This document shows positions 45,847-55,990 of a stretch of 64,000 bases of DNA, one piece after another (within the stretch, counting starts at the first letter, position 1; each line of letters begins with the position of its first letter). The position numbers were made by a program, and so were the translations under genes. The DNA lies in IMG/VR virus record IMGVR_UViG_3300035034_001740, positions 12,476 to 76,475 of that record; one strand, 5' to 3'. This DNA is from a virus. Its lineage: Duplodnaviria; Heunggongvirae; Uroviricota; Caudoviricetes. The notes below the pieces were generated by a model that saw only the letters and a program-made list of their open reading frames with translations, was not told the DNA's origin and ran no database searches.

Positions 45847-47471
45847 TGTCGATAGAGAATATCAAGTTTACACGGCCGGAAACTGTTCATTCTCCAAGAG
45901 GTAAGAAGTATGTTCGTCATTGGGTGTTACCTAACGATGAAGTAGTTGTAAAGGGATTTTGGAAGTTCTGGAAAGCCAACAAGCAGAAGATGATTCTGCG
46001 TGGTTTTTCAATGTCCAAGGATAAGTCAACAGGCAAATGGAGGTTGGTAGAAACCAAAGAACGAATAGATGATTTCGCTGACTATAAAAAGAAGCCTGAG
46101 ATTGTCATGGAATGTTCTTGGGAACCCAAGCCACTTGATAATCCAGAAGGGCTTAGAGAATGGCAAGTTCCTGCCGCTGCTAAATTGGCCGATTGTATAA
46201 GACAAATTGGTTCAGCTATAGATGGTTCCGATACAGGTTCAGGTAAGACATATACTGCTATCGGTGCTGCTCGTGAGTTGGGTATGAAGGTGGCTGTCGT
46301 TTGTCCAAAGGCTGTTATAGAATCGTGGAAACGTGTTATCAAAGATCACTTCAAACTTGATTTGGTCTTTGTATTGAACTATGAGGCGTTGAAAGGCGGC
46401 AAGTATACAGATTACATAGAGTTAAAGCGTTTAGAGAATTCAATGATGACAACATATCATTGGAATTTGCCAAAAGATACGTTAATAATATTCGATGAAA
46501 GTCACAGACTTAAAGGTAAAGACACAAAGAATGCTCAGATGGCTATAGCAGCTAAACGACAGTCTTACAAAGTATTGTGTTGTTCAGCAACAAATGCTAT
46601 CGACCCATTGGAATTGAATGCTGTTGGATATATTTTGGGACTTCATAAATGTGGAATGGACTTCTATCAGTTCGCTAAGGATTACGGTTGTAAGAAGGGT
46701 ATTGGTGGGTTACATTTTCCAGGTGACAATTATAGTTTAAAGAAACTACACAAAGACATTTTCATTGAACGTGGGGTTCGATTAAAGAAGGATGAAATTC
46801 CTGGATTTCCTGATAGTGATATCATAGTTGACCCTTATACTATTGAGGATGACGATGCTGAGGAAATTAATCGTATCTATTCTGAGATGGAGAATGAGCT
46901 TAAAAACCTTGAGATACAGTCAGGCCCAAAGACTGCTGTTGAAATGACCATCAGACTTCGTGCTCGACAAAAGATTGAGTTGCTGAAAGTTCCGTTGATT
47001 GTTGAAATGACAGAAGACTTGATAGCCGATGGGCAGTCTGTTGTTATTATGACAAACTTCTCAGATACTATTAGAGCATTATCCAAGAAGCTGAAAACAA
47101 ACTGTATTGTTTGGGGTGAGAACAAAGGTGATGAAAGACAGAAGAACATTGACGATTTCCAATCTGACGAAGAACGGATTTTGATATTGAATATTGCCGC
47201 TGGCGGTGTTGGTGTTTCGTTACATGATTTGCATGGCAATCATCCAAGAACAGCTTTGATATCACCTAATGATAGTGCTCCTTTAATGAGACAGGCGTTT
47301 GGCCGTGTTCATAGAGACGGCGCTAAAACAAAGAGTCAACAAAGAGTCTTGTTTATTGCCAATACGGTTGAGGAACAAGTATGTAATAACGTTAAAGTTA
47401 AGTTGACGAGTTTAGATAGAATTAATGATGGAGATTTAAATCCTAAGTATGAAGGGATGTTACGAGAATGA
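45846..47471 (+). CDS. SF2 helicase, SNF2/DEAD-like
   Basis: Motif I SDTGSGKTYTA, motif II IIFDESHRLKG, C-terminal helicase domain LNIAAGGVGVSLHD...QAFGRVHRDG (motif VI). Confidence 0.7.
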   Translation: MSIENIKFTRPETVHSPRGKKYVRHWVLPNDEVVVKGFWKFWKANKQKMILRGFSMSKDKSTGKWRLVETKERIDDFADYKKKPEIVMECSWEPKPLDNPEGLREWQVPAAAKLADCIRQIGSAIDGSDTGSGKTYTAIGAARELGMKVAVVCPKAVIESWKRVIKDHFKLDLVFVLNYEALKGGKYTDYIELKRLENSMMTTYHWNLPKDTLIIFDESHRLKGKDTKNAQMAIAAKRQSYKVLCCSATNAIDPLELNAVGYILGLHKCGMDFYQFAKDYGCKKGIGGLHFPGDNYSLKKLHKDIFIERGVRLKKDEIPGFPDSDIIVDPYTIEDDDAEEINRIYSEMENELKNLEIQSGPKTAVEMTIRLRARQKIELLKVPLIVEMTEDLIADGQSVVIMTNFSDTIRALSKKLKTNCIVWGENKGDERQKNIDDFQSDEERILILNIAAGGVGVSLHDLHGNHPRTALISPNDSAPLMRQAFGRVHRDGAKTKSQQRVLFIANTVEEQVCNNVKVKLTSLDRINDGDLNPKYEGMLRE

Positions 47472-47701
47472 AGATTAAACACATCCGACACAATACAAAA
47501 GATACTCTTAACTTTCCGTTTAGACTATATTGGGAAGAATATTCAATGAATGGAGGTGTTATAAAGAAGAACACTTTAATAGATGATGTAATACAACTAG
47601 CACATTACATAGTGTTACTTGGGACGACTCCTGAATTTAAGGGCCTTATAACTCCTGAAGAAGACATAAAAAAATTATTCGATGGAAATCAAAAAACATG
47701 A
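47468..47701 (+). CDS. Hypothetical protein, MKIKHIRHN-leader family
   Basis: Conserved leader; ATGA overlap with the helicase stop. Confidence 0.45.
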   Translation: MKIKHIRHNTKDTLNFPFRLYWEEYSMNGGVIKKNTLIDDVIQLAHYIVLLGTTPEFKGLITPEEDIKKLFDGNQKT

Positions 47702-48327
47702 GTCACGATAGAAGAGGTAAAGGAACACGACCTATATTAGAGTCGGAGATACGAGCTGCACAATCTATAGCTAATAGTGCTATGGATGCTGCCAAGAAGC
47801 TCGGGGTTCATTATAGCACATACAAACGGTGGGCTAAGAAGTATGGTGTCCATGATTTCTTCAATCAAGAAGGGAAAGGCAGACCAAAGAAACACAAAAA
47901 TCCATCTAAAGGCAAATACCCATTAAATGATATATTGGATGGGAAACATCCAGACCACCCGACGCATCTATTTAAGAAGAAGCTTATACAATCGGAAATT
48001 AAAAAAAATGAATGTGAAATATGCGGTTTCAAAGACATAAGAGAAGATGGACAAGCTCCTATTCTGATAAAGTATATGGATGGCAACCCAAGAAACAAAT
48101 CTTTGGAGAATGTTCAGTTCGTATGTTACAATCATGCTTTCATCCACGGAATTGAAAAGTCAATCCGCCATGATAGATTCGCCAAGTTTGAAGAGCCAGG
48201 AAAGCTACAAAATACAGTTGAAAAGATTGCTGAACGTGAGGGTAAAGTCGCCGGCGTTCCTATGAATATCAATACAGATGAATTGACTGAGGATGAAATT
48301 AATAGTTTATTAAATACCGATGAATGA
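47698..48327 (+). CDS. HNH endonuclease with N-terminal HTH-like region
   Basis: ECEICGF...MDGNPRNKSLENVQFVCYNHAFIHG is an HNH motif. Confidence 0.55.
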   Translation: MSHDRRGKGTRPILESEIRAAQSIANSAMDAAKKLGVHYSTYKRWAKKYGVHDFFNQEGKGRPKKHKNPSKGKYPLNDILDGKHPDHPTHLFKKKLIQSEIKKNECEICGFKDIREDGQAPILIKYMDGNPRNKSLENVQFVCYNHAFIHGIEKSIRHDRFAKFEEPGKLQNTVEKIAEREGKVAGVPMNINTDELTEDEINSLLNTDE

Positions 48328-48571
48328 CATATCAACAGAAGAAAAAATTGAATTGTTGGAAAACTGGAAACAAACTTTGTTCCTAGACATTGAACAATTT
48401 ACAGAAGAAGTTAATAAACAACTTGATAAGAAGAATAGGTCTATTGCCGCTTTCAATGTTCGTTTAAAGAACATGACTGAGGCTATATCAAAATCACAAT
48501 CCAGAGTTGATAAAACACGGATTCAAATTGCTGAAGTCGAAAGGGAAATTGGTAAGGCCAAACAAGAATAA
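48320..48571 (+). CDS. Hypothetical coiled-coil protein
   Basis: ORF only. Confidence 0.4.
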   Translation: MNDISTEEKIELLENWKQTLFLDIEQFTEEVNKQLDKKNRSIAAFNVRLKNMTEAISKSQSRVDKTRIQIAEVEREIGKAKQE

Positions 48572-48687
48572 TTTAAAATAAATTCTTATAACTTGATTTT
48601 GTGGCGATAATTACATAGTTATAGTTGACTGAAATCTCATGTAGGTGAGCCAGTCGTATTATTAACAATAAAAACGAGGAAAACAAA

Positions 48688-49515
48688 ATGGCTGATAAAT
48701 ATAGCATATCTGCCCGTGTATTGGTAAACGGGAAAAAGGTGCGTGAATACGCACATGACGATAAACTGTTCATCGAAAGTAAGGATGGAACAGAGTTCGA
48801 AATCGACGTAAAGAATCACAATAGCAACAGAGTGATGGTAATCGTTTCGGTGGATGGAATTGACGTAATCAATGGTAAACCGGCAACGAACGATTCGTCT
48901 GGATATATCATCGGTGGCAATGACGCAATTCGTATCAAAGGTTTCCGTAAGGATACCGAAACTGTTGGCTCCTTTAAGTTCACATCGAATAAGAATTCGT
49001 ATGCTAACGGAAAAGGTGATGGTGGCAATGAAGGTATCATTTCAGTTCGATTCTTTGAAGAGAAACGAATTGCACGAGAACCGATGTGGAGAAACCATGA
49101 CAGTTATATGTCACATCAACCGAATCTGGCTGATATTCCTAATACTAACAACAAACGTATCTTGTTTGGAAACTCTTCGGATACGCTTGGCCTTAGTCAA
49201 GTTCGTGGTTTGATGAATACTGTAGTTCCAACTAACAACGTTGACAATTCATGTTGTACAGAATCAAGTAAATATTACTCGGTTGAAAACAAAGAAGCTA
49301 GTTTCGATATGGGAACTACTTGGGGATCGAAGAAGAGAGATTCTGCTGTTGAGATCGACTTTGAAAAGGGAAATCTATTCTCAGAGATAAACTTGTATTA
49401 CGCTTCCCGTCAAGGGTTGATTAACATGGGTGTTCCATTGACTAAAGAGACTTATATCTCTTTGCCAAAGGGCTTCAAAGATTTCGCAACACCACCAGCA
49501 GGATGGGAAGGGTAA
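48688..49515 (+). CDS. Hypothetical protein
   Basis: Good SD gaggaaaac; no motifs. Confidence 0.45.
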   Translation: MADKYSISARVLVNGKKVREYAHDDKLFIESKDGTEFEIDVKNHNSNRVMVIVSVDGIDVINGKPATNDSSGYIIGGNDAIRIKGFRKDTETVGSFKFTSNKNSYANGKGDGGNEGIISVRFFEEKRIAREPMWRNHDSYMSHQPNLADIPNTNNKRILFGNSSDTLGLSQVRGLMNTVVPTNNVDNSCCTESSKYYSVENKEASFDMGTTWGSKKRDSAVEIDFEKGNLFSEINLYYASRQGLINMGVPLTKETYISLPKGFKDFATPPAGWEG

Positions 49516-50177
49516 TTACTATGGGTAAGAAAACTAACTCAAAGAAAGCAATTGTGAATCTGTTTATTTTAGATTCGTCGGCATCGATGTCTTCTATCAA
49601 GAAACAAATCATTGACGGTTTCAACGAACAACTCGATACAATTATCAGGATGTCCAAAGATTCTAACATCAAATCATTCGCTGGATTAACGTTTTTCAGT
49701 AGTGATGTTGACGTTAGGTTTTCGGCTGACGATGTTGATAAGTTGTATAAGTTGGATGATAACAATTATATTCCATCGAGTTGTACATCGATGTATGATG
49801 GTATTGGAAAATCTGTTAAAGCACTTGACGCGAAGTTAGGTGGTTATATGGAAGCTTGTAATGTCGTTGTTACTATCCTAACAGATGGACAAGAAAATTC
49901 ATCCCGTGAATATTGTGGTTCTCAAATTTCTGATATGATTGAAGAGTATCGTGAGAATCTCGGGTGGACCTTCAACTTCATTGGTGCTAATATTGATGTG
50001 GAGAGTCTTGCTAACACACTAAACATTAGCAGAGGAAACACATTGAGTTTCACTTCTGACTCTGAGGGTACCAGAAAGATGATGGATTCATACTCAAGAT
50101 CGGTGGTTGGTTATTATGCCTCCGCCGCTAAAGGTGACGATGTTTCTGATACAAAGTGTTTTATGTCAAATAGTTAA
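49503..50177 (+). CDS. von Willebrand factor type A (vWA) domain protein
   Basis: LFILDSSASMSS is the MIDAS D-x-S-x-S motif; ILTDGQEN. Confidence 0.6.
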   Translation: MGRVITMGKKTNSKKAIVNLFILDSSASMSSIKKQIIDGFNEQLDTIIRMSKDSNIKSFAGLTFFSSDVDVRFSADDVDKLYKLDDNNYIPSSCTSMYDGIGKSVKALDAKLGGYMEACNVVVTILTDGQENSSREYCGSQISDMIEEYRENLGWTFNFIGANIDVESLANTLNISRGNTLSFTSDSEGTRKMMDSYSRSVVGYYASAAKGDDVSDTKCFMSNS

Positions 50178-50189
50178 GGAATTTCAAAC

Positions 50190-50218
50190 GGGAGTTGTTA
50201 ATTCAGCTCCCTTTTTTC
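50190..50218 (+). terminator. Rho-independent terminator (gggag/ctccc stem + TTTTTT)
   Basis: Followed immediately by TTGACT. Confidence 0.55.
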
Positions 50219-50518
50219 TTGACTTCTTCTAAACCCATGTCATATTTGGGATATATGGGACAGGAAAGTATAAACGACAAAACGATTTCGGTTCTGGCTC
50301 GATACAATATTGTGGGAACTTGAAAGATGATATGAAAAAGGAAATAAGTCAATTTGAACGTCAACTGTTTGAAGACCTTATCCAAGGTAACTATACAGGT
50401 ATACTTAACAATTGTGGCCTTCCTCAACTGGGCAAGGCTATTGAGAGACATACGAGTATTGCGCTTGCTTCCAACACTCCATTGATTCATTGTACCTTAA
50501 TTGTAAAAGGGATTTTAT

Positions 50519-51142
50519 ATGACGACGACCAAACCGAAACTAACGAAGTGTAAATATATTGACAACCTCTTTGAGAGAGGTATGGATAAAAGTGAGGTGT
50601 TGGAGGTAATCAATAAAGACTATCCTAACGCCAATAACTCTGGTACTATCGCAGCTCGTTACTCAATCTTCAACAAAGAGAATCCAGATCATTTGGTTAA
50701 GATGACGATGGAGGATGCTAAGAAGGATTTGTTGAAACGGTCCAAAAAAAACCCTTCCATAGACACAGACTATATCATGTTGACTGCTGAACAGACTCAT
50801 GAAGTTGGCGGTGGTTTTCCTAAACCTGACTTTGTATCATGTCCCGACAACGACGATGATGAAATTGTTATTGAACAATACTTTTTCGTTGGCGACCCAA
50901 AGACATACAAAAAGTTTCCAGGTAAAAGAGAACTTGAGAAACGACAGAAAGCTCACATAAAGACATGGGACAAAAAGAAGGCTGACGATAAGAAGGCTGA
51001 AGAAAAACGAAAAGAAGCTCGGCGTGTGGTGAGAGAAAAAAAGAAGTCTGCTAAAAAACAAACAACTAAGAGAGTGGCTAAGAAAGAAACAGCTAAACGA
51101 AAGACAACGAAATCAAAGGCTGTCGATAAATTTTTTGAATGA
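50519..51142 (+). CDS. Hypothetical protein with Lys-rich histone H1-like C-terminal tail
   Basis: C-terminus KKADDKKAEEKRKEARRVVREKKKSAKKQTTKRVAKKETAKRKTTKSK. Confidence 0.45.
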   Translation: MTTTKPKLTKCKYIDNLFERGMDKSEVLEVINKDYPNANNSGTIAARYSIFNKENPDHLVKMTMEDAKKDLLKRSKKNPSIDTDYIMLTAEQTHEVGGGFPKPDFVSCPDNDDDEIVIEQYFFVGDPKTYKKFPGKRELEKRQKAHIKTWDKKKADDKKAEEKRKEARRVVREKKKSAKKQTTKRVAKKETAKRKTTKSKAVDKFFE

Positions 51143-51153
51143 ATATATGACAC

Positions 51154-51822
51154 TTGACGACTATCATGATTAATTACAACTTAAAATTTAAATGGAAGGA
51201 TGGCAAACATCATTTCATTAGCGATTTACACTATCGTCACGACCGAAATTTTATTTGGGGCGATCCCAAAAGAGGGTATAGTAACGTGACAGAGATGAAC
51301 AAAGATATCATCTATCAATGGAATTCTCAGGTAGGTCATGAAGATACCGTTTGGCACCTTGGAGATACAATCTTCGGTGACACTGATGCTTCTGAACTGT
51401 TGAAACTATATGAACGATTGAACTTCAAGACTTTATATTGTATCTTCGGAAACCATACCTCAGGTGAGAGAACCTTGTTCAAAGCTATGATGGATGAAAT
51501 GGGTATGGAAGGAAAAGAAGTATATCCATCAGAATTGAAAATCAACTCTGAGAAGAAGGTTGTCTTTTTAGGTTACTATGCTGAGATTGAGATTGACGGT
51601 CAACAGATTGTGCTCAGTCACTATCCTCATACAAGCTGGAGAAGCCAATCGAAGGGTGCTTGGAACATACATGGCCATACCCATTGTAATCTAAAGGAAA
51701 CCGATATGAAACGGATTGATATTGGATGGGATTACAAAAACCGTCCACTGTCATTCAAAGAACTAATTCCAATCATGGCAAAAAAGAAGCGAATGACCGG
51801 AGGCGATTATCGCGGAAAATAA
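51154..51822 (+). CDS. Calcineurin-like metallophosphoesterase (paralog of 32042)
   Basis: ISDLHYRHD, VWHLGDTIFGD, FGNHTSGE, HGHTH. Confidence 0.6.
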   Translation: MTTIMINYNLKFKWKDGKHHFISDLHYRHDRNFIWGDPKRGYSNVTEMNKDIIYQWNSQVGHEDTVWHLGDTIFGDTDASELLKLYERLNFKTLYCIFGNHTSGERTLFKAMMDEMGMEGKEVYPSELKINSEKKVVFLGYYAEIEIDGQQIVLSHYPHTSWRSQSKGAWNIHGHTHCNLKETDMKRIDIGWDYKNRPLSFKELIPIMAKKKRMTGGDYRGK

Positions 51823-51824
51823 AT

Positions 51825-52130
51825 ATGAAAAACAAACATCGAACAGGAAGCGAAGAATGGTATTCATCACTTAAAAAAGGTGACGTGTTATACGAAAGTT
51901 CATGCGGCCAAACAATTGAAGTTAAGTTGTTGGAAGATGCTAAGAAGACATTTGACGACGACGGGAGTTGGAGAGTGGAATTTATAGCTGAGTGTGGAAA
52001 TGGTGAAATCGACTATCTGATTTCTCAAATCGGGTTGAATTATGGTGGTGGTAGATTGAGTGAAATGCCTGAATATCTTGGACCGATTCTACGACTTGAT
52101 GGAACTACAGACCTAAATAAGATTTTTTAA
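51825..52130 (+). CDS. Hypothetical protein
   Basis: Start chosen after the upstream stop (MKNKHRTGSEEW...). Confidence 0.4.
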   Translation: MKNKHRTGSEEWYSSLKKGDVLYESSCGQTIEVKLLEDAKKTFDDDGSWRVEFIAECGNGEIDYLISQIGLNYGGGRLSEMPEYLGPILRLDGTTDLNKIF

Positions 52131-52136
52131 AAAGTC

Positions 52137-52165
52137 TTGACTTTTTAGGTCGTTAATTCATAATG
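52137..52165 (+). promoter_or_regulatory. sigma70-like promoter TTGACT-17-ATAATG
   Basis: The -10 overlaps the ATG at 52163. Confidence 0.4.
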
Positions 52166-52387
52166 AAGACTATGAATGATCCAAAAATGTTTGAAGCCAC
52201 CTTTAACATGACTTGGTATTTAGGATACCGAACGACAACGGTTCGTTATTGGCCTGTCTATGGGTCGATGCAAATCAAGATTGGGGACGCTAAGAATTTT
52301 CGTTGGGCAAATCAATATGATCGAGAAAACGTATTGAAAGCTCCTAACTTTCAAAAACTTTACACTGAGTATAAGAACACTGAATGA
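52163..52387 (+). CDS. Hypothetical protein
   Basis: ORF only. Confidence 0.35.
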   Translation: MKTMNDPKMFEATFNMTWYLGYRTTTVRYWPVYGSMQIKIGDAKNFRWANQYDRENVLKAPNFQKLYTEYKNTE

Positions 52388-52809
52388 ACATATTTAATAT
52401 AGAACGAGCGTTCCGATGGAAAAGGGAACGTGGTTGGGATACTTTGTATTGGTTAATCGATGTCCACGATACTATTCTGGATGGAAAATACACGAATGAC
52501 CAGGACTTGGCATCTACGGATGAAGCTATTGAAGTTTTACAGTGGATTACAAACCGAACCGATCAAAAAATCATTATCTGGACTTCGTCTTATGCTGAAC
52601 ATTTTAGTAGGCTCAAAGATTATTACGAATCCAACTTTGGTATCACCTTAGACTATCACAATTGCAATCCTGAGTGTGGAAATACTAAGTATGCGGATTT
52701 CACTACTAAGCCGTATTTTAACATACTGTTAGATGATAAATGTGGATTCGTTTCTGATACCGATTGGACATTGGTTAAACAAGAACTAATACGAATAGGA
52801 GAATGGTAA
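52384..52809 (+). CDS. Hypothetical protein
   Basis: ORF only. Confidence 0.4.
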   Translation: MNIFNIERAFRWKRERGWDTLYWLIDVHDTILDGKYTNDQDLASTDEAIEVLQWITNRTDQKIIIWTSSYAEHFSRLKDYYESNFGITLDYHNCNPECGNTKYADFTTKPYFNILLDDKCGFVSDTDWTLVKQELIRIGEW

Positions 52810-52854
52810 AAGAGATTCTTGACGCATAATAAACTAATCTTATTATAAGGACAT

Positions 52855-53115
52855 ATGAAATTTAAAACGAAACAAACTAAAATTGAAGAACTTGAACTTG
52901 ACGTATCTGTGGCTCAGGTCGCTGACTTGATGGAACGTGTTATCAGAGAAGAGAATGATATTCCAACGGGTGCTTATATTGTTTCGGGGGATTTGATTCG
53001 TGATGTAGAACAACATACTACACACGATTGGACTGAAACTGTCTTTGTTCGGAAATCGACTTCGGCTGATGAACAGGCATTTGATTTAATAACAAGAATA
53101 CAAAAATACAAATAG
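52855..53115 (+). CDS. Hypothetical protein
   Basis: ORF only. Confidence 0.35.
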   Translation: MKFKTKQTKIEELELDVSVAQVADLMERVIREENDIPTGAYIVSGDLIRDVEQHTTHDWTETVFVRKSTSADEQAFDLITRIQKYK

Positions 53116-53127
53116 AAAATAAACGAT

Positions 53128-53301
53128 ATGTTAGGATTATGGACAATTTTAGGGTTTGTGCTTATTAGCACATTTCCAAAACCAGAGACAAAGAAACAGG
53201 CGGTTTGGCAACTGTTCTTAGGCGGACCTCTCTGCTGGATAGTTTTTCCGTTAGTGGCAGTATGCCGAAAATATATTCCAAGACCAGACGAATTACCTTA
53301 A
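53128..53301 (+). CDS. Small hydrophobic protein (57 aa; below the ORF-track cutoff)
   Basis: MLGLWTILGFVLISTF...LFLGGPLCWIVFPLVAV has two TM-like segments and fills an otherwise empty gap. Confidence 0.3.
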   Translation: MLGLWTILGFVLISTFPKPETKKQAVWQLFLGGPLCWIVFPLVAVCRKYIPRPDELP

Positions 53302-53310
53302 ATTATAAAC

Positions 53311-54180
53311 ATGGATATTAAAGATACAGTTAAATGGTTCATTGAGGACGTTCAAAATGATGATAGCACCAAAGACCTTATTCAGGCAGCTCGTGACCTT
53401 GGTTTTGAAGTCAAGGAAGCTGACCTTACAAATCCGTTCGATACATATCTGAATTATTTTCCAGAGGATTCATGTGTTGTAACTGAGACTTCAATTCAGT
53501 CTGCTGAACAGATTATGAAGCAATGTCCAAATTGGATTCCTTCGGTGTGGGATAATGTAGAACAGTTCGCTTGTAAGTATTACTATCAGTTTTTCGGGGA
53601 CTATCTGTTCAACGATAAGTATGTGATGCTTCCGCTTGGAGAAGTTACAAGACGTTTGGATGATCTTTACGATTGGTTGGGTAAACACGACACAATTTTC
53701 ATTCGACCATCATCTGGCCGTAAGACTTTCACGGGTCAATTGTTTGATCGCAAATATTTTCATAAAGATTTCAACGCTGTGATTTCTTATGGCGGAAATG
53801 ATACTGATTTGGTTGTAGTTTCAACTCCAAAGATTATTCTCGGTGAATACCGATACATCATTGGTGACAGAAAGGTTATCGCCTCAAGTCAATATTCTTG
53901 GGATGATAAGCCCAATAAGAAAGAGGCTCCAAAACATTTGAATGGTTTTGTTGATATGGTATTAGCTGACACAACTGATTTTAATCCTTGTCCTGTATGG
54001 GTTCTTGACGTATGTCTGGACGCCGATTTGAAACCTCATGTGCTTGAAGTAGGTTCGTTCAGTTGTTCGGGATTATACGCATGTGACAAGAAATCTATTG
54101 TAGAAAAGACTTCGGAGATTGCTTTTCGAGAATACAAAGAATTATCTCCAAAATTTCATATAAATAGAAACGGAAACTAA
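53311..54180 (+). CDS. Hypothetical protein, possible ATP-grasp-like fold
   Basis: YRYIIGDRKVIAS...VWVLDVCLDADLKPHVLEVGSFSCSG, weak. Confidence 0.35.
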   Translation: MDIKDTVKWFIEDVQNDDSTKDLIQAARDLGFEVKEADLTNPFDTYLNYFPEDSCVVTETSIQSAEQIMKQCPNWIPSVWDNVEQFACKYYYQFFGDYLFNDKYVMLPLGEVTRRLDDLYDWLGKHDTIFIRPSSGRKTFTGQLFDRKYFHKDFNAVISYGGNDTDLVVVSTPKIILGEYRYIIGDRKVIASSQYSWDDKPNKKEAPKHLNGFVDMVLADTTDFNPCPVWVLDVCLDADLKPHVLEVGSFSCSGLYACDKKSIVEKTSEIAFREYKELSPKFHINRNGN

Positions 54181-54232
54181 AATGGCAAAAAAATACGACC
54201 AAATTAAAAATTTGGAAGACGTGTCGTGAAGT

Positions 54233-54463
54233 TTGAAACTAAGGATCAGTAATATGGAGAATGATAAAAAATTAAGATGGATTTATGAAAGGGTTTTGTC
54301 TATCACACAACCAATAGACAAAGCAGTTCACATTATTATAATAAACGATGAAGGTGTTGAGGTAAGTTACACATTCGATGAAGACGAAAACTTAGAAAAA
54401 TCAAATTTCGAAATATTTAAAGATGCTATCGAAGAATTGATGGACAAATATCCACTTATATAA
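54233..54463 (+). CDS. Hypothetical protein
   Basis: ORF only. Confidence 0.35.
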   Translation: MKLRISNMENDKKLRWIYERVLSITQPIDKAVHIIIINDEGVEVSYTFDEDENLEKSNFEIFKDAIEELMDKYPLI

Positions 54464-54469
54464 AACATT

Positions 54470-54967
54470 ATGATATCAGAAAGAACAGTAGACATTTTCG
54501 AACAAGATGATTTGGATATCATCTTCCACCAAGCTAATTGTATGTGTACTATGGGAAGTGGTATCGCTAAAATAATCCGTGAACGATTCCCAGAAGCGTA
54601 TGAAGCCGATTGTAAAACCGTTAAGGGTGACTTGTCGAAGTTGGGTAGTTACTCAGTGGGACATATATGTCGTGGCGGAATGAATATGGTTATTATCAAC
54701 TTATACGGACAAGGAAATTTTACGAATCGCAAGATAGGAAAACGTGATACGAGTTATGACGCTTTGTATGACGCGATGAAACTTGCTTTGACTAATCTGG
54801 TAAAAGAGATGCCGGATGAGTTGAAAGACAAACGATATAAAATCGGAATCCCACACGGTATGGGTTGTGCACTCGGAGGCGGATCATGGATTGTGGTTCG
54901 TGCTATGGTTGAAGACATATTTTCCGACTGTGAATTTGATGTTGTAATTTGTAAACTACCACAGTAA
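54470..54967 (+). CDS. Macro domain protein (ADP-ribose binding/processing)
   Basis: IIFHQANCMCTMGSGIAKII resembles the Macro vNAAN...GGGV motif; the GIPHGMGCALGGGSW Gly-rich loop. Confidence 0.5.
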   Translation: MISERTVDIFEQDDLDIIFHQANCMCTMGSGIAKIIRERFPEAYEADCKTVKGDLSKLGSYSVGHICRGGMNMVIINLYGQGNFTNRKIGKRDTSYDALYDAMKLALTNLVKEMPDELKDKRYKIGIPHGMGCALGGGSWIVVRAMVEDIFSDCEFDVVICKLPQ

Positions 54968-54968
54968 C

Positions 54969-55223
54969 ATGATTGGTGATCCAGTAGACAACACTACAAA
55001 ACCGTCCGGCTCATTGACGTGGATAGGTAGCGCGTGGATGGGCACCCACCGCGTGATGTTTTATAATGACACTCCCACGGGTTACTACGTGACCCACTCA
55101 GCGCTATCACCAGCCCACATGGTAAGCGCTTTTACAAAAAGCGGTGAATGCCTAGCACATGGCAACAAACCCGAAGATATCGAGCATTGGTGTGAGGAAC
55201 ATTTCTTACACGGAAATCGATGA
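54969..55223 (+). CDS. Hypothetical protein (locally GC-rich ORF)
   Basis: ORF with ~50% GC against a ~38% background. Confidence 0.3.
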   Translation: MIGDPVDNTTKPSGSLTWIGSAWMGTHRVMFYNDTPTGYYVTHSALSPAHMVSAFTKSGECLAHGNKPEDIEHWCEEHFLHGNR

Positions 55224-55347
55224 GTAAGGAGGAACGGCTGAATTGTGACAACTGACTTCGGTTGTGGGACAACTCATTCCGAACGCTTTTAAATTGTTTA
55301 GATATCATCAAACATGATGTTTCTTTTCCGTCTATATACTTATAGTC

Positions 55348-55794
55348 ATGGAAAATAAAGATAATTTGCCTGAGGTCAAACATTTGCTTCAGAAACATTC
55401 CGTTTTAGCATCATTCAACATAAGCAAGTCTATAACCCAGAAGGATATAGATTCGGTGTATGATAAATTGAAGGTCAATCCCAAGAACGACCAGATGAAA
55501 GATGTTGCTAGACGAATGGTTGAGTCTATGAAGGCTCTTGATTATTGTGAATCCAAAAACATACCAGGAATAATCACTTATGAGAATACCCTCAAACAAG
55601 GTGTTAAGGGGATAGACAAAAAGAAGATGGCAGAACTCTTAGGAATTGCTAACATCTTCACACAGACCTTATTACAAGAAGGCCTCACTCCACACGAGAG
55701 TGCTTATACACTTGGTATAATAATACGCAACTTGAACTTGAACGACCCTAACTTATTTAGGGGTTTTGATACGGGCGAAGGTTCTTCTTTTTAG
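55348..55794 (+). CDS. Hypothetical protein
   Basis: ORF only. Confidence 0.4.
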   Translation: MENKDNLPEVKHLLQKHSVLASFNISKSITQKDIDSVYDKLKVNPKNDQMKDVARRMVESMKALDYCESKNIPGIITYENTLKQGVKGIDKKKMAELLGIANIFTQTLLQEGLTPHESAYTLGIIIRNLNLNDPNLFRGFDTGEGSSF

Positions 55795-55990
55795 AGTTTT
55801 CTTCTTTTACATCGTATGATTTGATTCTGTAACTCATACCTTCAGTTGAGTTCACTTCCTCCGTAATTCCAATAGCTTCTTGTTTTGCTTCGTAGAAGTT
55901 TGGCCGGCTGATTACATATTTTGTTGTTGTACTGTCGTCATTTTGAAAGGTAATGACATACCTATTCAGTTTCTTATTTTCGTCATTCAT
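55757..55990 (-). CDS. Hypothetical protein (minus strand)
   Basis: Part of a 3-gene minus-strand cassette. Confidence 0.4.
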   Translation of the reverse strand: MNDENKKLNRYVITFQNDDSTTTKYVISRPNFYEAKQEAIGITEEVNSTEGMSYRIKSYDVKEENSKKKNLRPYQNP

